A DNA stretch of 46,576 nt, from positions 205,072 through 251,647 of the forward strand of contig RQSC01000017.1 in assembly GCA_013416795.1 (NCBI GenBank), in the 5' to 3' direction. The position numbers and the translations under genes are program-made. The notes beneath the pieces are model-generated. The model had not been told where the DNA came from. It worked only from the letters and a program-made list of their open reading frames with translations, and did no database searches. Positions 23,223 through 34,717 of the stretch are shown one piece after another; within the stretch, counting starts at the first letter, position 1; each line of letters begins with the position of its first letter. The stretch comes from Prasinococcaceae sp. CCMP 1430 (Eukaryota > Plantae > Prasinodermophyta).

Positions 23223-23371
23223 ATGGCGCGCGGCACGCTCACCCTCGCCGCCGTGGCGGCGCTCTTCGTGGGCGCGAACGCCGGCGCGGTCGACCTCACG
23301 CAGGACAACTTCGACGCGAAGGTGTTCGGCGAGGGCAAGGCCGCCTTCATCAAGTTCCTCGCGCCTTGGTG
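23223..23371 (+). CDS. First exon of a secreted PDI/thioredoxin-fold protein (downstream exons absent)
   Basis: Signal peptide, then AVDLTQDNFDAKVF..KAAFIKFLAPW, then TG|GTGCGT donor splitting the active-site codon. Confidence 0.8.
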
Positions 23372-23890
23372 GTGCGTGCGCGGCGAGCGCCGATCGGCAG
23401 ACCTAAAAAAAAGTGGAGCAGGGGGGGGAGGGAGGGGAGGGGCCCGTGTGGCATCGACGGCGGCGCACGCGACGCGACAGCCCGACAGTCTGTCGCTCGG
23501 AGGCGCGCCGAAAACAACGCAAAGTGCGCGCCGCCGGCTGGCACTCTCCTTTTCAGGATCATTTCGTGGGTTCGGAGCGCACGAAGCGCGTCGCTTCGCT
23601 TGCCTTTCGTGCGGATCCCCAGTATTTGTCCGGTCGTCGCCGCCCGCCCCGGGGCATGCTGTATGGCTCACGGCATCTGGCTGCCTGGGCATGTTGTGTG
23701 GTGGTGGTGGATGCGAGAGTGCGCATGCGCGTCCCACAGCGCGTGCGCCTCCCCGCGCGCGGGGGGCGCGAGAGGGGAGGCGGGCGCCCTCCGCCAATCC
23801 CACGCGGCCCGTGCGGGGCGCGGCAGGGCGCGGCGGGGGGAGGAGAGGTTGGGGAGTGGGCGCTGCTCGCCCGGCGGCGCGGCGGCGGCC

Positions 23891-25489
23891 ATGGCCGCGC
23901 GCGAGGGCGGCCCCGTGGGCCTCGCCCTGCTGCGCGACGTGTTCGGCATGCACCTGACCACCGAGGCGTGCAAGGCGCTCACGCTGCTGGTCACCTTCCT
24001 GGCGTATGCGAGCTTTCACATGAGCCGCAAGGCGCCGTCGGTCGTGAAGAGCGTGCTGTGCCCGTCGAAGGGGAATAGCAACGCCCTCGCGCGGCGCTCA
24101 CACCGCCTCCTGCGCGTCAACCAGGGTGGCTGGGCGCCCTTCAATGGCAAGGATGGCAAGACAGAACTGGGGAACCTGGACATGGCATTTCTGCTCACGT
24201 ACGCCGTGGGCATGTTCTTCACGGGGCACATCGCCGACCACATGAACCTGCGCCACTTTCTAGTGATTGGACTCGTCATGTCGGGCCTCTTCACGGCGCT
24301 GTATGGCGCGGCCTTCTTCTGGGATGTGCACGACGTTTACTACTTCCTCTTCGTGCAGGTGTTCGGGGGGCTCTTCCAGAGCATGGGCTGGCCGGCGGTC
24401 GTAGCCGTCGTCGGGAACTGGTTCGCAAAGGGCAAGCGCGGCCTCATCATGGGAATCTGGAACTCGCACACGAGCGTGGGCAACATCCTCGGCGCGACGG
24501 TGCCGGCTGCTGTGCTGCACTTTGGGTGGGGCTGGTGCATGGTCGTGCCAGGCGCCGTCATGGGCGCTATCGCAATCATCGTGGGGCTCTTCCTGGTGGT
24601 CGACCCCACCGAAGTCGGCCTGCCCAGCCCGTACAAGAAGGAGAGCGAAGCCGGCAGCTCGCACATCGGGGGTGACAACGAGACGGGACTTCCGCGCGCC
24701 AGCGGCGACGCAGTGAGCGCCGTGACAGAGCGCACGGCGAGCTCCTCTAGCCTCGCGAGCAGCGGCTCCGGCGGTGCAGGCAGGAAGGCCGACTCGGTTA
24801 GCTTCGTCCGCGCTTTGTCTATTCCAGGCGTGGCAACCTTTGCGTGCTCGCTCTTCTTCGCCAAGCTGGTGGCGTACACGTTCCTGTACTGGTTGCCCTT
24901 CTACGTCAACAACACGGTCATCGGCGGTAAGTCGATTGGCCCCACTGAGGCAGCCAACCTGAGCACGCTCTTTGACGTCGCGGGCATCCTCGGCGGAGTC
25001 GTTGCAGGCTACCTGAGCGACCGCACGCGCGCGAGCGGTACCATCGCCACGGGCTTCCTGATGTTCGCCGTGCCCGCATTGTACATGTACCAGGCGTGGG
25101 GCCACGTGAACCTGATCACGAACATTATCCTCATGATGCTGTCGGGTTTCTTCGTCAACGGGCCGTACGCTCTCATCACGACAGCCGTGAGCGCCGAGCT
25201 GGGCACGCACGAGAGCCTCAAGGGCAACGCCAAGGCACTTGCGACGGTGACAGCGATCATTGACGGCACGGGCAGCCTCGGCGCGGCGGTGGGCCCGCCG
25301 CTCACCGGCCTCATTTCCAGCTCATACGGATGGTCGAAAGTTTTCTTCATGCTCTATGTTGCAGCGGGCTGTGCGGCTCTCATGCTCTTTCCCGTGGTCT
25401 CTGCGGAGTACCGCAGGAGCCGCAAAAAGCGCGAGCGCAACAGGGACAGCCAGCCGGAAGAGAGCGAAGACGCGCCGCTGCTCGAGTGA
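23891..25489 (+). CDS. MFS glycerol-3-phosphate/Pi transporter (SLC37/G3Pp family)
   Basis: [78 protein letters not shown]. Confidence 0.95.
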   Translation: MAAREGGPVGLALLRDVFGMHLTTEACKALTLLVTFLAYASFHMSRKAPSVVKSVLCPSKGNSNALARRSHRLLRVNQGGWAPFNGKDGKTELGNLDMAFLLTYAVGMFFTGHIADHMNLRHFLVIGLVMSGLFTALYGAAFFWDVHDVYYFLFVQVFGGLFQSMGWPAVVAVVGNWFAKGKRGLIMGIWNSHTSVGNILGATVPAAVLHFGWGWCMVVPGAVMGAIAIIVGLFLVVDPTEVGLPSPYKKESEAGSSHIGGDNETGLPRASGDAVSAVTERTASSSSLASSGSGGAGRKADSVSFVRALSIPGVATFACSLFFAKLVAYTFLYWLPFYVNNTVIGGKSIGPTEAANLSTLFDVAGILGGVVAGYLSDRTRASGTIATGFLMFAVPALYMYQAWGHVNLITNIILMMLSGFFVNGPYALITTAVSAELGTHESLKGNAKALATVTAIIDGTGSLGAAVGPPLTGLISSSYGWSKVFFMLYVAAGCAALMLFPVVSAEYRRSRKKRERNRDSQPEESEDAPLLE

Positions 25490-25593
25490 GCGAGGAGTGC
25501 GCATGGGGCCACGCAGTGCCATAATCAGCTCGAATAATAATACCAGCACCTTTGTGCGCCACGTGTGCAATTTGCTGATGCGCGCGCGCCGTG

Positions 25594-27947
25594 CTACGAC
25601 GATGCTTGCGCCTCAGCGGCCGCGGCAGCGCGCTCATTGAAGTCCTTCAAGGCGATCTCCTTCACCATGCTGACATACTGCTCCTTGTCGTTGCACTGCG
25701 TCGCCGCCGTGCGCATCGAGCGCGCGTGTTAGCAATGGCATCGCACCACGCCTGCCCAGGGGCCCTAAGCGAGCGAGAGAACACCGCGCGCGCGGCGCAA
25801 CGGCTACGCACCCCCGCGCATGTTTGCCTAAACTCCTCGACGATGGCGCGCAGCTGCTTGAGGCGCAGCTTGCTGTAGTCGGCCCCTGGGTCGAGCGTCG
25901 TCCGCTGCTCCATCGGCGGGAAAGGCGGCGGGCCCGGCGGCGGGGGTGGCTTGTACTTGTCTGCCGGCGGTGTGTACACGAATTTGGGGTTCTTCACCAT
26001 CGCATCGCACTTCTGGGCCGTCTTGTAGCGGTCAGCCCACTTGAGCAATGACTCGTAGTTAGTCTCACCCTCGAAGGTCTCGTAGGCGGCGATCGGCAGT
26101 GACCCACTGCTCGTGGGCTGCTCGCTGTCCGCCTTTGGCGTCGGCGCTTTGTCCGGACAGAGCGCCAGAAAGGAGGGCTGCTCGTCGGTCTTGATGCCGA
26201 ACTCGTGCATGAGCGCCTCGTTGGAGCCGCGTACTTCCGCGAGGCTTGCAGAGGATCGCACGGCGTGCGCGAGCGAGATCACCGCCGGGGATGTCTCGTA
26301 TTTCTCTGTGAAGAAGACGAAGAGCACGCGCGCTTTGCTCGCGCGCGCGGCGACCAGCGCGTCTTCGAGCTGCGCGCGCCGACGGAGCTGCGTCACCTGC
26401 GTGAGCAGCTGCGGTGAGCCCTTGATCGTGTCCATCGCCCACTTCGAGATTGTCTTGGCGTTTCTCTCCCTGCCACTGAATTCCACCCCTCGAAGCGCGC
26501 TCCCTGCAAACAACTTAATGGTTGGGTAGCCGCGCACGCCCTGACAGAGCTCCTCGTGTTCAGAGCAGTCCACAGCGCCAACCGAGACAACGCCCTTGAA
26601 TTTTCCGGGGAGCTCTTCGAACTCGGGCGCAAGCCGCCGACAGTGGCCACAGTTGGGGCTGTAGTACTCGACCAGCCAAATGTGACGAGAGTTCTCGCTG
26701 GGGAACTGCGCCGTGAAGGAAACGTGTCAGAGCGCGTGCGCAGCGCGCGTGCGCGAGCCTCGAGCGCCTGTGCGTGCGAGCACGTGGTGTGCGCGCGCGG
26801 TGCTGGACTCCCGTTCGCACCTTGCCTGTCCGCAGTCGTTTCACAGGCGAGGACTTCGAGTACATGGGCTCCTGCCGCTGCTGCTGATGGTGACCTCCGA
26901 ACCCACCACCGCCAAAGCCCCCACCAGGAAAGCCTCCACCACCGCCGCCGAAATGGAAGTGCTGCCTTCCTCCTCCACCTCCCCCGCCGCCGAAAAATTC
27001 CTCAAACATGCGAAAGGGGTCGCCTCCCCGTTGCTGGCCGCCAGCTCCCGCGCTTTGGCCCTGCTCGTGCCGGCCCACGCCTGCGCGGGTGCGCGAGTAT
27101 CGCGGTGTCAGCGTTTGCAATAGAAGTGCGTTCGCAGAGCGCCCCTGCCCGCACCACGGTGCGAGCGCGTGAAAGAAAAAGGCGCACCGCGTGCAGGCGC
27201 GCCGCGTGCAGTGCACGCACCTTCGTGCCCCGCCTGGTCGTACGCCGCGCGCTTGTCCGGGTCACTGAGCACCTCGTACGCCACGCCAATGTCCTTGAAC
27301 TTAGCCTCGGCTGTCTCGCGGTCGTCGGGATTCTTATCGGGATGCCACTCCATCGCGAGCTTGCGATATGCCGCCTTGATGTCCTTGTCGTTCGCGTTCC
27401 GCTTCACGCCGAGCACCTGCGATCGTGTGCGCAGCAGGAGTGCGTGTGAGGGTGGGTGGGGCGGGGTAGCGACAGGGAGCACCGCGGCGTCAGCGCCGAA
27501 GCGGACGTCTCTTCGCCCCGCGCTGGCGATCGTCTTTATGCGCGTCTCCCATCCCCCCTCGCGGCGTGAGGGCTAGGGCAACTCGGGTGGCGGGCTCTTC
27601 CCCACGCGCACGACGAGCGAGTGCTGTGCAACACGTGCCACAGCGCTCCGTAGCTTCGAGCTGCGCCCGCCCACCAGCGGCAGCAACTGTACACCGGTGG
27701 CAGCGGCAGCGCGCGAGCGCTGTCGCACCTTGTAGTGGTCTGGCTTGTCGTCCTTGGGTGTCGGTCGCCTGCCACCGCCGCTGCCTCCGAAGCGCTGCCT
27801 GGAGCGCTGGCCGCTGCGCTGCGCCCCCGCGCCGGGCGCCAACGCCGCGAGCGCGAGCGCGAGCAGCGCAAGCGCGAGTCGCTGCGCGCCCCGCCGTGCG
27901 CCCCGCCGTGCGCCCTGCCGCGGCCATGCGGCCGCCGCAGCCGCCAT
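25594..27947 (-). CDS. ER-type DnaJ + thioredoxin protein (ERdj3A/TMS1-like) with C-terminal ARMET/MANF-C-like domain, 5 exons (27947-27729, 27416-27221, 27080-26821, 26705-25812, 25695-25594)
   Basis: Signal peptide, J-domain WHPDKN, G/F-rich linker, [35 protein letters not shown]|CNDKEQYV. All four GT-AG introns keep the frame. Confidence 0.85.
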
Positions 27948-28815
27948 CGCAACTCGGCCGCCTCCCAGACCCGCTCACCCACTCACCACTCCACCCCACC
28001 CCACCTCGCCGCTCACGTGCAGCCGGCCTCTGATCAGCGCACGCCGCCGCGAGGGCGCCACGCCCCCTCCCCCCCGGCGCGCTGTGGCGCCCCCGGCGCA
28101 CAGGTCTCGAGGGCGCTCTGCGAGGACGGGTGGCCGACTGTGCCCAAGCGGCACCGCGTGGTCTTCCGACCGATCAGCGCGCGCCGCGAGGGCGCCACGC
28201 CCCCCTCCCCCCTCCCCCCCTCCCCCCCCCCTCGCGCACGCGCGCTGTGGCAGCTCCATCCCGTACTCCGTGCAGCAGCGGCTCCGCCGTGGCAGATCGC
28301 TCGCGCGCGCGCGGCGCAGCCAATCGCGTCGCAGCGCAGATATGAACCCTGATTGGTGTTACAAAACCTCAAACACGCCGATTTGACCGACCAGCCTCGA
28401 CGGCCGCGTTCGATGGAGCGGGCGCGGCCGCGCGCGCGGCGCCGCGCGCGCCGGCGCGGCCGGGGATGTGGGGCGTACATCCGCCGGGCTGATTTTTTTG
28501 TCGTAACCCCAACCATGCCGTGGATGGTGTGAGTCACATCACGTGGGCCCGTGATGTGCGTCTGAGTCCGTCTGAGTCATCTGATTCGGATCTCCCGTGG
28601 GTACATATGTCGTGCTGATTGGAGTGGCGTGTGTCGATGAACGTCNGGGGGGGTGGCGCGCGGGGAAGCGTGCAGTGATCGCCAGCGCCGATGACTCTGA
28701 CCCTTGACTGTGCACGCGCGCGCGTGCGTGCGCGCCCCGCTGATCGCACCCGCTCGCCCGCCTGCCTGCGCCCGCGCCATGCACGCCCGCGCCATGCACG
28801 CCCGTGCCCTTGCAG

Positions 28816-29541
28816 TATGGCCGCATTCGCAGCATCGACATCAAGCCGCGTGGGAACAGCGCGTTCGCTTTCATCGAGTTCGACGACGACCGCGATGCCG
28901 ATGAGGCCGTGTACCGCCTCGACCGCTTCCGCTTCGACGGCCGCCCTCTGCGCGTTGAGCTCAAGAAGGGCGGCGGGCCGCGTGACGGCGGGCGCGAGCG
29001 CGAGCGTTCCGGCCGCGGCGGCTACGATGACGGGTACGGTGGCGAGCGCCGCGATCGCGACCGCGCAGGCGGCGCGCGCGCCACCAATGCGAAAGCCAAG
29101 AGAACGCCCTACACAGCCAAGGTGAGCGGCCTGCCCCAAAGCGCCTCGTGGCAGGACGTAAAGGACTTTGTGCGCCCCGTCGCTCGCCCCGCCTTCGCGG
29201 AGGTGATGCGTGACGGTGATGGTGTGGTCGGCGAGGCCGACTTTGACACCGAGGAGGACCTGCTCGCCGTGATCGAGAAGCTGAATGGCACCGAGTTCAA
29301 GAACAGATTCGACGCCGCGCAGGTCAGCATCGAGCGCGTGAGAGAGAACTATCCGGCGCCTGCGCCTCCCGCCGACGAGCAGGCCGCACCCGCCGACACC
29401 AATGCTGAGGACACCCGCCGCCGCGACGATGGTGATGCTCGCGACGAGGAGGAGGAAGCTGAGGAGGCCGCGGCTGCAGATGCCGCGGCTGCGGACACCG
29501 CGGCTGCGGGTGCTGGCGAAGAGGCACCCGCAGACGAGTGA
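28816..29541 (+). CDS. SRSF1/SR30-like two-RRM protein, last exon; 5' exon probably lost at the gap at 28646
   Basis: YGRIRSIDIK..FAFIEFDDDRDADEAV..DGRPLRVE; pseudo-RRM VSGLPQSASWQDVKD; TTGCAG acceptor at 28815. Confidence 0.85.
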   Translation, partial: YGRIRSIDIKPRGNSAFAFIEFDDDRDADEAVYRLDRFRFDGRPLRVELKKGGGPRDGGRERERSGRGGYDDGYGGERRDRDRAGGARATNAKAKRTPYTAKVSGLPQSASWQDVKDFVRPVARPAFAEVMRDGDGVVGEADFDTEEDLLAVIEKLNGTEFKNRFDAAQVSIERVRENYPAPAPPADEQAAPADTNAEDTRRRDDGDARDEEEEAEEAAAADAAAADTAAAGAGEEAPADE

Positions 29542-29708
29542 GCCACGACCGCGGATGGAGGTTCTCCGCCGGCGCTGCGTGTGCATGTATGTGCGCGAGC
29601 ATGTGAGAGCGATTTGCCTCGCCAGAGCGCAGAATTAAATCTGCTGGTAATAATGTGGTCACTAAGGGAGGACAGAGAAAGGGTGTGCCCAGGCATGGGT
29701 ACGTGACG

Positions 29709-31938
29709 CTAGAGCAGGCCCAGGTCACGGGCGACGCGGGTGCGCTTGGGCCTCTCGCCCTGCTCAGCTGCCCCAGGCGATCCGGTGCCAAACGTATCGC
29801 AGTCCGTATCCGCGCTGCTGCTCTGAAGGCGAGGCGCGCTGCCTCGCCCGCCGCTGCCGCTGTCGCCACCCGTCGACACGAGCGCTCCTAGCAGCGCCCC
29901 CCCGTCACCGCTGCTCACCGCTTTTGCGACAGCCGCTGTCTGGATACCATCGCGTGCACGCGCATCGGCAGCAGTCTTTGCGCGCTTGGCACTTTCCCTC
30001 CTTTCGAAGCCAGAAGCCTGCTCATGAGCAGCTGTCACACCGCTGAACCCGCTTGCCTTGGCGCGCCTGCTGGCCGCGGCACCCGCACCCGCCCCCCCGC
30101 TATCGCCGTCGGCAATACTTTCGCCCTCGGTCTCAACTTCCGTGTCCACCTCGGTATCAGCCTCCTCCTCCAGTGTGACTTTGCAAGCCGCGCCGTCGCC
30201 GCTGGCCCGGTCGCGGTGCTCGCCGCCGTTGCTAACGTTGGTGGTGTCCCTGCCACTCAGTCCAGCGCCGCCCTTGTTTTGGTCATTTCCAGATGATTGC
30301 TTCAACTTGTCCGCGCCACCCTTGCGCTTGGCGTCGTTGAAGGCCCATGCACCCATCTTTTTGTCAACGCAGCGCCACTGGGAGGCATGCATCGGGGGCG
30401 CAATAGCCGAATCGTTGGCGTAGAGCTCGTAGTCTGGAATTTGCGAGAAGCCCGACCAGCGCATCGTCAGGCGACCTGCCGCCAGGTCACGCGCAACTAC
30501 AGCAGACTGGTAGTACAGACCATCGAAGGCATCGCGCACCATAAGGTTGCGCCCCACCACAAAGCGCTTGGCGTTGGCAGCCATAGCCTCAACAGGGTCA
30601 GCAAAGGACCCGCCCGCGCCCACAGCCTGCGGCCGACCCTGCAGCGGAGCCTGTGCCTCACGCGCCGCGTGCGCGGTCTTCGCGCACGCATCTACCCTCG
30701 CTCCGCCCGTCAAGTGCTTGAACTCGATCACATTGTAGGTTGGATCCTTCGATATGCAGATGTGCATAAGCACATCTGTGACAGAAGCCAAGGGCCACGG
30801 GCGTGGTCGCCACCACGGACACGTCAACGGATGCGGTGCATGCTCGACGGCGCATCAATGCGGCGGGCAGGCGCGAGGCGCGCCGACAGCGAGCGCCGAG
30901 GCCTGCGCGCGAAAACATGCGCGCACCTTTGATAGAGTCGAAGTAGTCGTGCCCTTCCACACCCGCACCTACGCCATGCCGCTGTGCACCGGGCCGCAAG
31001 AAGAAGACCTCGCCGCGCTCGTCGCCATGCTCGAGGCGCCATCCGCGCTGCACGAGTGACGGCCACATGCGCCGCAGAAAGGCCACGCGCTGCGTGACCT
31101 CGCCCACTGAGCTGTACAGCAGCGCATCAGCTACCTGCGCAAGCGTTCGCAGCGGTGCGAGCTCCTCGAAAAACTCGGCGGGCGTTAGCGCGCTCAACGC
31201 GCGTGCGCCACGAGCCTCCAAGTCGAAGGCTGACGCAAATGCGCGCGGTCCGACGAGCGGCAGCACTTCGGTGACGAAGTCCTCGAGCTCTCCCTCGCTG
31301 CCGTCCACCTTGTCAAAAAGAGCGGCGAGCGTGGCGTGCGAGCCAGGAGCCGCGGCGCTCATGATGCGGTGCCTCGTCGAGCGCCAGCGTTCACCACGCG
31401 TGAGCCGCCCCCTCAACATCCCGAAGTTTGCCGCGCCTTTGAAGCGCCTGTACTCCATAGAGCGCTTGAAGGTGCTGTAGTAATGCAAGAGCAGCGTACC
31501 CACATCGAGGTTCATGAGCTTTGCTACGAGCTGCATCTTCTTGGGAAATAGATGCATGAGCACCACGAAGAGCTGTTCGTTTGCAGACGAGAGCCGTGGG
31601 CGTGGTGCGGGGAGCATGACTGTATCGCCGGGCCTCGAGCACAGCAGGTCACCTCGCTCCTCGGCGGCGGCGGCGGCCACGGCGGGCATGCGCGCGGCAA
31701 CCAGCGAGCCGAGCGGCGCCTCAGGTACCTCTGCCTGATATTCAGACCCCACGCGGCTCGAGTGCGGCTCGTGGTCTTTCAGTGTGGCCGCGTGTATGCT
31801 CGGCGATGCGGGCGGAGGGGGCGGTATTGTGTTGCTCCTCAGCGCTCGCTCCTGCCGCGCGTCCCTGCCCCCGCCCGCGCCGCTGCCCTGCGCCTGCGCG
31901 ACACGTACAGCTGCCGCATCGCCCACCCCGCCCACCAT
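29709..31938 (-). CDS. Plant-type SANT-domain chromatin protein with a Tudor/chromo-barrel-like C-terminal domain, 2 exons (31938-30927, 30775-29709)
   Basis: RVGSEYQAEVP, SANT-like LFVVLMHLFPKK..HYYSTF, MWPSLVQRGW..FFLRPG..DYFDSIK|DVL, FVVGRNLMVRD..YYQSAVV..RWSGF. Confidence 0.65.
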
Positions 31939-32568
31939 CGCGCCCTCGCAAGGCACCGAGCCCACGGGCAGCACGCCTCGCGATTCGTGACGGTGCGCAC
32001 CCCTGCCCGCTCGCGGCCGGCCGCAAAGTCCGCCGCCCCCCGCGCCCTCCGCCGCGCCCTCGGCCGCGAGCGCGCCGCAGGGGCCGCAGCTGTCAGGGCT
32101 GCGCGCGGCCCGCCGATGGCCTCCGTGACGTCCCCCTCCTCACACACCCACCCACCCACCCACAGCCGAGGCGTCTCCACACCGCCCGCGGTGCCCCCCT
32201 ACGCCCCGCCGCTCCAATCCACAGGTGTGCCACCCGAGCGCGCGCGCGAAAACCGCGGCTGTTGTACGCTTGGCTTTGTTTTCGCCCCCTGCGTTCGGCC
32301 CCATCGTACTCCGGGTTTCCCCCGCGCTCCGATGCGCCAGCATACGGACAGCGGCGCGGCGCGGCGGCAGCGGCAGCGTAGCCAAGCTCCCCCCGCCCCC
32401 AACCCCCGCCCCTCCGCCTGGAGCTCCAGCGCCTTGCAGGGCTCGGCAGCGGACGTCGCCACGAGGCGGCGCGGGGCACGGTGGCATCGCGCGGGAGCGG
32501 GCCGTGACGGGACGGGTGAGTCGAAGCGGCAGAGCGGTGGACAGACAGGCGGGACTGTGCATGTATAG

Positions 32569-34347
32569 TTACAGGGCGCGCAGGGAGGTGCTCGTTGAGC
32601 TTTCTGGCCAGCCGGGAATGTTGGCAGACGCCTCGTTGACAGCCTTAACGAGCATGACGACGAGCTCGGGCACGCCCTTCGGAGGCAGCGCCAGATTCTT
32701 GGGCGGGTACTCGTTGGCGTAAGAGCGCTTGTCGAAGCGCCACTCGCCGATCTTGCCCGGCGTGAACTCGCCCTCCATGGTGTAGTCCATGCCATAGGTG
32801 TAGTGTATTTGGTAGAACTTCCCCAAGTGCTTGTCCCATGGCGGCTGCGCCTGGAAGTGTGGGACGGTGTCGTGCGGAACACCCACCATGGTGGCCGCCA
32901 TCGTGTATCCGTACATCTCGAGCACCCAGCCCCACGCCTTGTCGGCCTCGGGATCGTTCTTAAGCGCGATGGAGACGTTCATCCACACCGGCGCAATGCG
33001 CGCGAGGTCGTCTGCACGCAGCTGCACAGGCGAGCTGCCAATTTTCGCCATGGAAGCGAGCTGGTCCTTCTCCAGCGGACCGGTGAAGCGCTGCACGAGG
33101 TCGGGGTACTTTGTGGGCTCGATGTAGAAGAAGGGGAACGCGGCCGCGCGCTCGCCCTGCATGAGGTTGGGTAGCGGGCGCAGCAGCAGGTGGTCGGGCT
33201 CGGCCATCAGCACGTAATCCTCCTCGATCGAGATCTCCCCCCGGGCGAGCTTCTCCGCCCACTGCACGAACGCGTACGGCCGCGAGAGCACCACAAAGCC
33301 GTGATCGCCGCCCTTGTTGGAGAGGTTTTCGACCACTACCGTAGGTATCTCGTCCATGAGCTCGTCGGGACGCCCACTGTGCAGGATGCGCGTGAAGCCC
33401 CCCATCGCGCCGTCGGGGCCCTGCGCCGCGCGCTGCTTCTTGTAGTGATAGTACATGACACGCGTCTGCCACTGCACGTACACCGCTTGGTTGGCCGTCA
33501 CCAGCACGTGGAACTTGCGCTTGGCGCCCGGCGCGTTCGCGTCGGCCTCCGGCCCGCGCGAGGGTCCCGCGTGCAGCGCGCCGCTCGTCCACACCGAATC
33601 GGCGCTCATCACGGGCGGGTTGGCAGGATCAGGCACGTTCTTGAGCCAGCACGCGCCTTTGACGCTGCCGGCACACCCGTCCTCCTCGGGGCAGTACACC
33701 CACACGTTGCACGGCTTCGTACCCGCCGCGTCCGCGTCAAACGACCGACACGCGTCACAGCACTCCTCCAGACTGCTCGTGACGTGGTGCTCGCCCCACT
33801 TGACCACGTCGCCCCCGTACTCGGTGCCCTCCTCAGCGTGGCACGGCAGCGCCTCCGCGTCCGCACCACCGCTGCTGCCCCTCGCGTCCCCGCCGCGCGC
33901 GCCGGACTGCTCTGCGTCGGGCTTCTGCACGGCCTTCTCGTACATGTTGATGCCCTGCGCGCGCTCGGCGTCCGCACCCGCGCGCACGGCCGCGACGGCC
34001 GCCTCGAAGCGCGCGAGCTGCTCGTTACCCTCGGCGAGGTTGGGTCGTGCCTCGCCCGAGCCCCGCACCTGCTCCTGCTCCTGCCTCTCGCGCTGCACGG
34101 GATCGCCCGCGACGTCTCCGGGCACGCCCGCTCCGCCTCGCCGCCCCCCGCCGGATGGATTGCCCGCTGCTGCCGACCCGTGCACCTCCTTGAGTCTCGT
34201 GAAGTCGTGCTCGCCGTGCAGCCACGCGCTCGCGTCGTAGCTCCGCGCGAGGTCCGAATGGCCGAGCAGCGACGACACAGCCGCGTACCCCATCGCGCCG
34301 GCGAGCAGCAGCAGCACCGCCTGCACCCTGCTCGGCCCCCCCGCCAT
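32569..34347 (-). CDS. HPAT: Hydroxyproline O-arabinosyltransferase (GT95) with a PAN/Apple-like domain
   Basis: Type II TM anchor, ECCDAC..CNVWVYC..CWLK, YVQWQTRVMYY, GGFTRILHSG, RPYAFVQW, MAEPDH, GWVLEMYGY, HYTYG. Confidence 0.92.
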   Translation of the reverse strand: MAGGPSRVQAVLLLLAGAMGYAAVSSLLGHSDLARSYDASAWLHGEHDFTRLKEVHGSAAAGNPSGGGRRGGAGVPGDVAGDPVQRERQEQEQVRGSGEARPNLAEGNEQLARFEAAVAAVRAGADAERAQGINMYEKAVQKPDAEQSGARGGDARGSSGGADAEALPCHAEEGTEYGGDVVKWGEHHVTSSLEECCDACRSFDADAAGTKPCNVWVYCPEEDGCAGSVKGACWLKNVPDPANPPVMSADSVWTSGALHAGPSRGPEADANAPGAKRKFHVLVTANQAVYVQWQTRVMYYHYKKQRAAQGPDGAMGGFTRILHSGRPDELMDEIPTVVVENLSNKGGDHGFVVLSRPYAFVQWAEKLARGEISIEEDYVLMAEPDHLLLRPLPNLMQGERAAAFPFFYIEPTKYPDLVQRFTGPLEKDQLASMAKIGSSPVQLRADDLARIAPVWMNVSIALKNDPEADKAWGWVLEMYGYTMAATMVGVPHDTVPHFQAQPPWDKHLGKFYQIHYTYGMDYTMEGEFTPGKIGEWRFDKRSYANEYPPKNLALPPKGVPELVVMLVKAVNEASANIPGWPESSTSTSLRAL

Positions 34348-34638
34348 CTCCGCGCGCGCCCTTGTGGCCACGCGCGTAACTCACCGGCGCGCCGTCCGCG
34401 CGCGCGTGCGCGCGCGAGGGGCGGGGGTGGGGTGGGATGGGAGGGGGGGGGGGGGGGCTCGCGCCGCGCGCGGTGTGCTGCGCCGCACGAGTTCGACCAC
34501 CGGCCACCCCTGTAGTATCGCGCGAATTCGCATTCGCACCCGTCGCTTGCTTCCGCCGGGTCCATGCCGAGTATGTGAAGTTGCGACGGTTGTGTGTGCG
34601 TGCGCGTGCGCGCGTGCGTGCGCGTGCATGTGCGTGCA

Positions 34639-34654
34639 TGTGTGTGTGTGCGTG

Positions 34655-34717
<63 letters not shown>

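Noticed and set aside
22286-25489. 1067-aa ORF as one protein
   Set aside because: It reads through antisense EED and intergenic DNA; transporter homology starts only at ATG 23891.
1056-34347. Glycosylation gene cluster (GFAT, STT3, HPAT, ER chaperones)
   Set aside because: Dispersed among unrelated housekeeping genes; compatible with chance.
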